Virus record (IMG/VR): IMGVR_UViG_2630968395_000002
Direction: 5' to 3' (one strand)
Length of the DNA: 20,000 bases
Source of the DNA: an uncultured virus (IMG/VR IMGVR_UViG_2630968395_000002)
Lineage: Duplodnaviria; Heunggongvirae; Uroviricota; Caudoviricetes
Shown: positions 15,627 to 20,000 of the stretch, piece by piece
Numbering within the stretch: position 1 is the stretch's first letter
Layout of the letters: every line of letters starts with the position of its first letter
Notes under the pieces: model-generated
Told to the model about the DNA's origin: nothing
Seen by the model: the letters and a program-made list of their open reading frames with translations, nothing else
Databases searched by the model: none
Translations under genes and position numbers: made by a program

Positions 15627-18045
15627 GAGCTTACAGTTACAGGTATTGCTCAGGGCGGTTGATCAGGCCACCCGTCCGTTTAAAGCGGTACAGGCGGCCA
15701 GCAAAGCGCTGTCCGGGGATATTCGTACCACTCAAGGCAGCATTAAAGCGCTGGAAGCTCAATCCGCTAAAATTGATGGCTTTCGTAAGGCCAGTGCTCA
15801 ACTGGCCGTGACCGGGCAGGCGCTGAAAAAAGCCAAAGAAAATGCGGCGGCGCTGGCGATCCAGTTGAGAAACACCGCAAACCCTACCGCCCAGCAAACA
15901 CGGTTAATGGAGGGGGCCAAGCGCGCGGCCTCTGACCTGCAAACCAAATACAACGGCTTGCGTCAGTCGGTGCAACGCCAGCGTGACACCCTCAATGCCA
16001 GCGGTATTTCAACCCGAAACCTGAGCAGTGAACAGCGCCGGTTACGCAGTAGTGCAGCCGAAGCCACCGCCGCCCTGAGCCGTCAGCGGCAGGAGCTGCA
16101 ACGTCTGAGCCAGCGACAGGAACGGCTTAACCGTATCAGCGCGCGTTACCAGCGCGGCCGGGCTGCTGCCGGGGCGGTACGCAATGCCAGCGCGGTCAGT
16201 GTGGGGGTTGCCACTGCCGGGTTGTACGGAGCCGCTAGACTGATCGCGCCCGGCGTTGAGTTCGACAGCCAGATGTCTGGTACTCAGGCTATTTTAGGTC
16301 TGGATAAAAAAGACGCAAAACTGGCGGCCATTCGCCAGCAAGCGCGAGATATCGGCGGGTCAACCGCGTTTTCCCCAACTGACGTGGCACGAACCCAAGA
16401 CACGCTGGCCCGTTCCGGTTATGACGCTGACGCCATTCTGGCCGCCACTGCGCCAACAGTGAATCTGTCGCTGGCCTCCGGTCTTGATATTGCCGAAGCG
16501 GCCGACATTGTGACTAATATGCAATCGGCCTTTAACCTGCCCCTCGACCAGATACAGCGCGTGTCTGACGTGATGGCGAAAGGCTTTACCAGTTCGAACA
16601 CCAACCTGTCAGAACTGGGTGAGGCCATGAAATATGTGGCACCAATTGCCGAGGCGGCCGGGGCCAGTATTGAAGATACTACCGCGCTGCTTGGGGTGCT
16701 GGCCGATAATGGCATTAAAGGCAGTATGGCCGGGACCAGTACCAGTGCGGTATTTAGCCGATTACAGGCCCCGCGCGGCGTGGCACCGGTGGCACTGCGT
16801 GAATTGGGTATCACCACTCGCGACAGCAAAGGCAACATGTTGCCGGTAGAGAAAATACTCAAAGATATCAGTCAGTCATTTAAAAAGAACAAGTTAGGCA
16901 CTGCGCAGCAAGCCGAATACCTGAAAGTTATTTTTGGTGAGGAGGCGATGAAAGGCGCAGTGAAACTGGTGGCTGCTGCCGGTAATGGCAAGCTGGCCGA
17001 GAAGAAAGGCAAGCTGGTACAGGCCGAGGGGACAGCCGAAGCAATTGCTGCTGTCAAAATGGATAACCTTGATGGTGACTTGAAAAACCTGACGTCGGCA
17101 TGGGAAGACTTGCGTATTGAAGTCTTTGAAACGCAAGATTCCGCTCTGCGTAAACTGACCGTCACCGCAACCGGCTGGCTGATTAAGGCCGCTGACTGGG
17201 CAAAGAAAAACCCGGAGCTGGTCGCGACTCTCACCAAAGTGACCGGTGCGGCGCTGGCATTGATCGGCGGGCTGGGTGCGTTGGGGCTGATTGCATGGCC
17301 GGTCATGACCGGGTTTAACCTGCTGCTGGCCGGGGCCGGGTTGTTGAGTACCGGCTTTTCTCTGATGGCCGGAACTATTGCCGCCGCGCTCACGGCGCTA
17401 ACATGGCCGATAGTGGCGGTGGTCGCGGCCATTGTTGCTGGCGCGCTGCTTATCCGTAAATACTGGGAGCCTATCAGCGCCTTTATTGCTGGTGTGGCTG
17501 AGGGGTTTATGGCCGCAATGGGGCCGGTCAGTGCTGCTTTTGAACCGCTTAAACCGGTATTCGCGTGGTTTAGTGACAAGGTGAAGCAACTGGCGAACTG
17601 GTTCGCTGACCTGATCCGGCCAGTAAAAGCCACACAGGAAACATTAGACCGGGCGACCAACGCAGGTAAAGTCTTTGGTGAGGGGCTGGCGGCGGCGCTC
17701 TGTCTGCCGATGAATGCGCTAAATACCTTGCGCGCTGGCATTGACTGGGTGCTGGAAAAACTTGGCATTATCGATACTAAGTCGAACGATCTGGCCGACA
17801 AAATCCCAGATGAGCCGCGCTACGGTTACGGCTATGGGACGAGTGGTTGGTCTGGCGGCTACCAACCCGTCACCGCCAATACGGGTACCACCATTGTCGA
17901 TAGCAGTGTGACCACCAATGACATCAACATCAACATTCCACCGGGCATGAGCCGACAGGATGCTGAAAAAATGATGACGGATGCCCTTGCCAAAAATGAA
18001 CGCGACAAACGCGCCCGCCAACGCGGCCAGATGGAGAATGATTAA
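15619..18045 (+). CDS. T: Tail tape measure protein gpT (808 aa)
   Basis: LQVLLRAVDQATRPF N-terminus, Ala-rich coiled-coil, TP901-type core (LGEAMKYVAP, GIKGSMAGT), hydrophobic segment and IRKYWEPI. Confidence 0.95.
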   Translation: MSRSLQLQVLLRAVDQATRPFKAVQAASKALSGDIRTTQGSIKALEAQSAKIDGFRKASAQLAVTGQALKKAKENAAALAIQLRNTANPTAQQTRLMEGAKRAASDLQTKYNGLRQSVQRQRDTLNASGISTRNLSSEQRRLRSSAAEATAALSRQRQELQRLSQRQERLNRISARYQRGRAAAGAVRNASAVSVGVATAGLYGAARLIAPGVEFDSQMSGTQAILGLDKKDAKLAAIRQQARDIGGSTAFSPTDVARTQDTLARSGYDADAILAATAPTVNLSLASGLDIAEAADIVTNMQSAFNLPLDQIQRVSDVMAKGFTSSNTNLSELGEAMKYVAPIAEAAGASIEDTTALLGVLADNGIKGSMAGTSTSAVFSRLQAPRGVAPVALRELGITTRDSKGNMLPVEKILKDISQSFKKNKLGTAQQAEYLKVIFGEEAMKGAVKLVAAAGNGKLAEKKGKLVQAEGTAEAIAAVKMDNLDGDLKNLTSAWEDLRIEVFETQDSALRKLTVTATGWLIKAADWAKKNPELVATLTKVTGAALALIGGLGALGLIAWPVMTGFNLLLAGAGLLSTGFSLMAGTIAAALTALTWPIVAVVAAIVAGALLIRKYWEPISAFIAGVAEGFMAAMGPVSAAFEPLKPVFAWFSDKVKQLANWFADLIRPVKATQETLDRATNAGKVFGEGLAAALCLPMNALNTLRAGIDWVLEKLGIIDTKSNDLADKIPDEPRYGYGYGTSGWSGGYQPVTANTGTTIVDSSVTTNDININIPPGMSRQDAEKMMTDALAKNERDKRARQRGQMEND

Positions 18046-18530
18046 TGATGCTATCACTGGGTTTATTTGTGTTTATGCTGCAAACCACGCCTTACCAAAG
18101 CATGAGCCGCAATATTGATTACCGCTGGCCGACCAACAGCCGGGTGGGCCTGCGCCCGTCCGCGCAATTTTTGGGGGTTGAGGGGGAAAAAATCACGTTA
18201 TCCGGGGTGCTGTTACCGGAACTCACCGGCGGATGTCTTTCATTGCTGGCGCTGGAAATGATGGCTGACCAGGGCAAGGCATGGTCGTTGATTGAGGGCA
18301 GCGGCATGATTTACGGTATGTTTGTGGTTGAGAGTTTAAGCCAGACTCGCAGTCTGTTTTTTGCTGATGGCAGCGCCCGGCGCATTGAGTTCACCCTCAA
18401 TCTGCTGCGGGTTGATGAGTCGTTAACGGCCATGTTTGGCGATCTACAACAACAGGCAGACGAATTACTGGGTAAAGCGACGGCAATGACGGGCAAAGCA
18501 CAGGCGGCAATCGGAGGGTTATTCTCATGA
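18045..18530 (+). CDS. U: Tail protein gpU
   Basis: MMLSLGLFVF...YRWPTNSRVG.RP..QFLG...ITLSGVLLPELTGG...DGSARRIEF. Confidence 0.94.
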   Translation: MMLSLGLFVFMLQTTPYQSMSRNIDYRWPTNSRVGLRPSAQFLGVEGEKITLSGVLLPELTGGCLSLLALEMMADQGKAWSLIEGSGMIYGMFVVESLSQTRSLFFADGSARRIEFTLNLLRVDESLTAMFGDLQQQADELLGKATAMTGKAQAAIGGLFS

Positions 18531-19693
18531 TGACCGGCATTTCACTCCCGGCTGGGGCGGATATGGCCCCGGACTTTATGTTGAATATTAACGCGAAAGA
18601 TATCACCCAGAATATTCGTGATCGGCTGTTGTCCCTGAGCCTGACCGATAACCGGGGCTTTGAAGCTGACCAGCTTGATATTGAACTGGACGACGCTGAC
18701 AGCCAGCTTGCCATGCCGGAACGGGGCGCAGTGCTGTCAGTATTCTTGGGCTGGAAAGGTTCGGCGCTGATAGGTAAGGGTGATTTTATCGTGGATGAGG
18801 TCGAGCATCACGGCGCGCCAGATACGCTGACCATTCGCGCCCGCAGTGCGGACTTTCGGGGTTCGCTTAATGCGCGGCGTGAAGTCTCTTATCATGAGAC
18901 AACACTGGGTAAAGTGGTGGCGCAAGTGGCGGAGCGTAACAACCTGAAAGCTATGCTGGCTGATGGTCTGGCGGATATCGCTATCTCTCATATCGACCAG
19001 ACGCAAGAAACTGACGCCAAGTTTATCACCCGGTTAGCCTCGCTTAATGGCACGGTAGCCGCCGTCAAAGCCGGGCGATTGTTGTTTATCAAGCCGGGGA
19101 GCGCTGTCACGGCCAGCGGTAAACCCATTCCACAAATGACGATCACCCGGCACGATGGTGACCAGCACAGCTTTAGTATTGCTGACCGGGGCGCGTATAC
19201 CGGCGTGAGTGCCAGTTGGTTGCACACCAAAGACCCCAAACCGGTAAAGCCGAAAAAGGTTAAGTTGCAGCGCAAGCCGAAATTTAAGCAACTCCGCGCA
19301 CTGGAGCACCCCAAGGCCGCGCCGACCCGTGCCAAGGCGGTTAAAGAAGTCAAGCCGGTGGAGGAGAAGCAAGGGGATTATCTTGTGGGGGCGGAGGATA
19401 ACGTGTTTGCCATTACCACCATTTACGCCACGCAAAAAGCCGCGATGCGCGCCGCCCAGTCCAAGTGGGAGAAGTTACAGCGCGGTGTGGCAGAGTTCTC
19501 TATCACATTAGCCATGGGGCGTGCTGATTTATTTCCTGAAACCCCTGTTGCGGTCAATGGCTTCAAATCAGTGATAGACCAACAGAGCTGGGTAATCAGC
19601 AAGGTAGCGCACAGCCTGAGCAACAGCGGCTACACCACTCAATTATCTCTCGAAGTGTTGCTGTCTGATGTGACTTATGAGGCCACAGAGTAG
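18527..19693 (+). CDS. D: Baseplate hub / late control protein gpD
   Basis: LTDNRGFEADQLDIELDD...KGDFIVDEVEHHGAPD...HIDQTQETD...GRADLFPE. Confidence 0.94.
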   Translation: MMTGISLPAGADMAPDFMLNINAKDITQNIRDRLLSLSLTDNRGFEADQLDIELDDADSQLAMPERGAVLSVFLGWKGSALIGKGDFIVDEVEHHGAPDTLTIRARSADFRGSLNARREVSYHETTLGKVVAQVAERNNLKAMLADGLADIAISHIDQTQETDAKFITRLASLNGTVAAVKAGRLLFIKPGSAVTASGKPIPQMTITRHDGDQHSFSIADRGAYTGVSASWLHTKDPKPVKPKKVKLQRKPKFKQLRALEHPKAAPTRAKAVKEVKPVEEKQGDYLVGAEDNVFAITTIYATQKAAMRAAQSKWEKLQRGVAEFSITLAMGRADLFPETPVAVNGFKSVIDQQSWVISKVAHSLSNSGYTTQLSLEVLLSDVTYEATE

Positions 19694-19718
19694 CTATATT
19701 CAACTAATTGATATTTAG

Positions 19719-19747
19719 TTCACAAATCCGAATACTGGTGATAAGAT
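19719..19747 (+). promoter_or_regulatory. Putative sigma70 promoter for ogr
   Basis: TTCACA (19719-19724), 17-nt spacer, TAAGAT (19742-19747), with an extended -10 TG at 19739-19740. Confidence 0.6.
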
Positions 19748-19784
19748 CAGCATAATTACTGAATATGCAGTTTCGGAGGTAAAC

Positions 19785-20000
19785 ATGATGCATTGCCCAC
19801 GCTGTAAATTTGCAGCACACGCGAGATCCAGCCGTTACCTTAGTGACGAAACGAAAGAACGCTATCACCAGTGCACAAATATTAATTGTGGCAAAACCTT
19901 TAAGACCCATGAAACTATCGTTGATACGATAATGGAACCGGGAATAATTAATGCTGTCCCGCCCCACCCTAAAGGGAATCAAGGCGTGTTGTGGATGTAA
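19785..20000 (+). CDS. ogr: Late transcription activator, Ogr/Delta family zinc finger
   Basis: MMHCPRC...AHARSSRYLSDETKERYHQCTNINCGKTF (C4 zinc finger). GGAGG upstream; follows D as in P2 and 186. Confidence 0.95.
   Translation: MMHCPRCKFAAHARSSRYLSDETKERYHQCTNINCGKTFKTHETIVDTIMEPGIINAVPPHPKGNQGVLWM

Larger units (their letters stand above)
1..20000. mobile_element. P2/186-like temperate phage (prophage) late gene region, continuing beyond both window edges
   Basis: Near-complete P2 synteny Q-P / O-N-M-L-X-lysis-R-S / V-W-J-I-H-G / FI-FII-E-E'-T-U-D / ogr. No integrase, att or cos site lies in the window. Confidence 0.97.

Noticed and set aside
16419..17801. Minus-strand ORFs of 147 and 309 aa
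   Set aside because: Antisense to the Ala/Gly-rich tape measure gene; such codon usage commonly leaves the opposite frame open.
19230..19370. Lys/Pro-rich stretch in gpD
   Set aside because: A basic variable loop is usual in this family and the total length (388 aa) is ordinary.
1..20000. CRISPR arrays, tRNA/rRNA genes, IS elements, diversity-generating retroelement, invertible fibre cassette
   Set aside because: No repeat-spacer array, RNA gene, transposase, reverse transcriptase or invertase was seen; nearly all bases are accounted for by phage late genes.

Overview
The whole window is the late (virion morphogenesis and lysis) region of a P2/186-like temperate myophage (Peduoviridae), probably a prophage of an enterobacterial host; the host cannot be fixed from this window. 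On the minus strand are portal Q (5' part only), an extra gene and terminase ATPase P. On the plus strand the order is O-N-M-L-X, holin, SAR endolysin, lysB/lysC spanins, R-S, V-W-J-I-H and a fibre-assembly gene, FI-FII-E/E'-T-U-D and ogr. Ogr-type TGT-N12-ACA late-promoter sites and the TTTTTTG E/E' frameshift site are visible. The main departure from the P2 plan is a 254-aa ATPase-domain-only paralogue of terminase P inserted between P and Q. It is joined to both neighbours by ATGA overlaps, has altered Walker A and B residues, and shares a 24-nt exact patch with P. Secondary oddities are a long C-terminal tail on the capsid protein, a P1-Lyz-like cysteine-switch endolysin without lysA, and a G-run cluster in a short tail fibre. 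All family assignments come from motif recognition and synteny, not from database searches.
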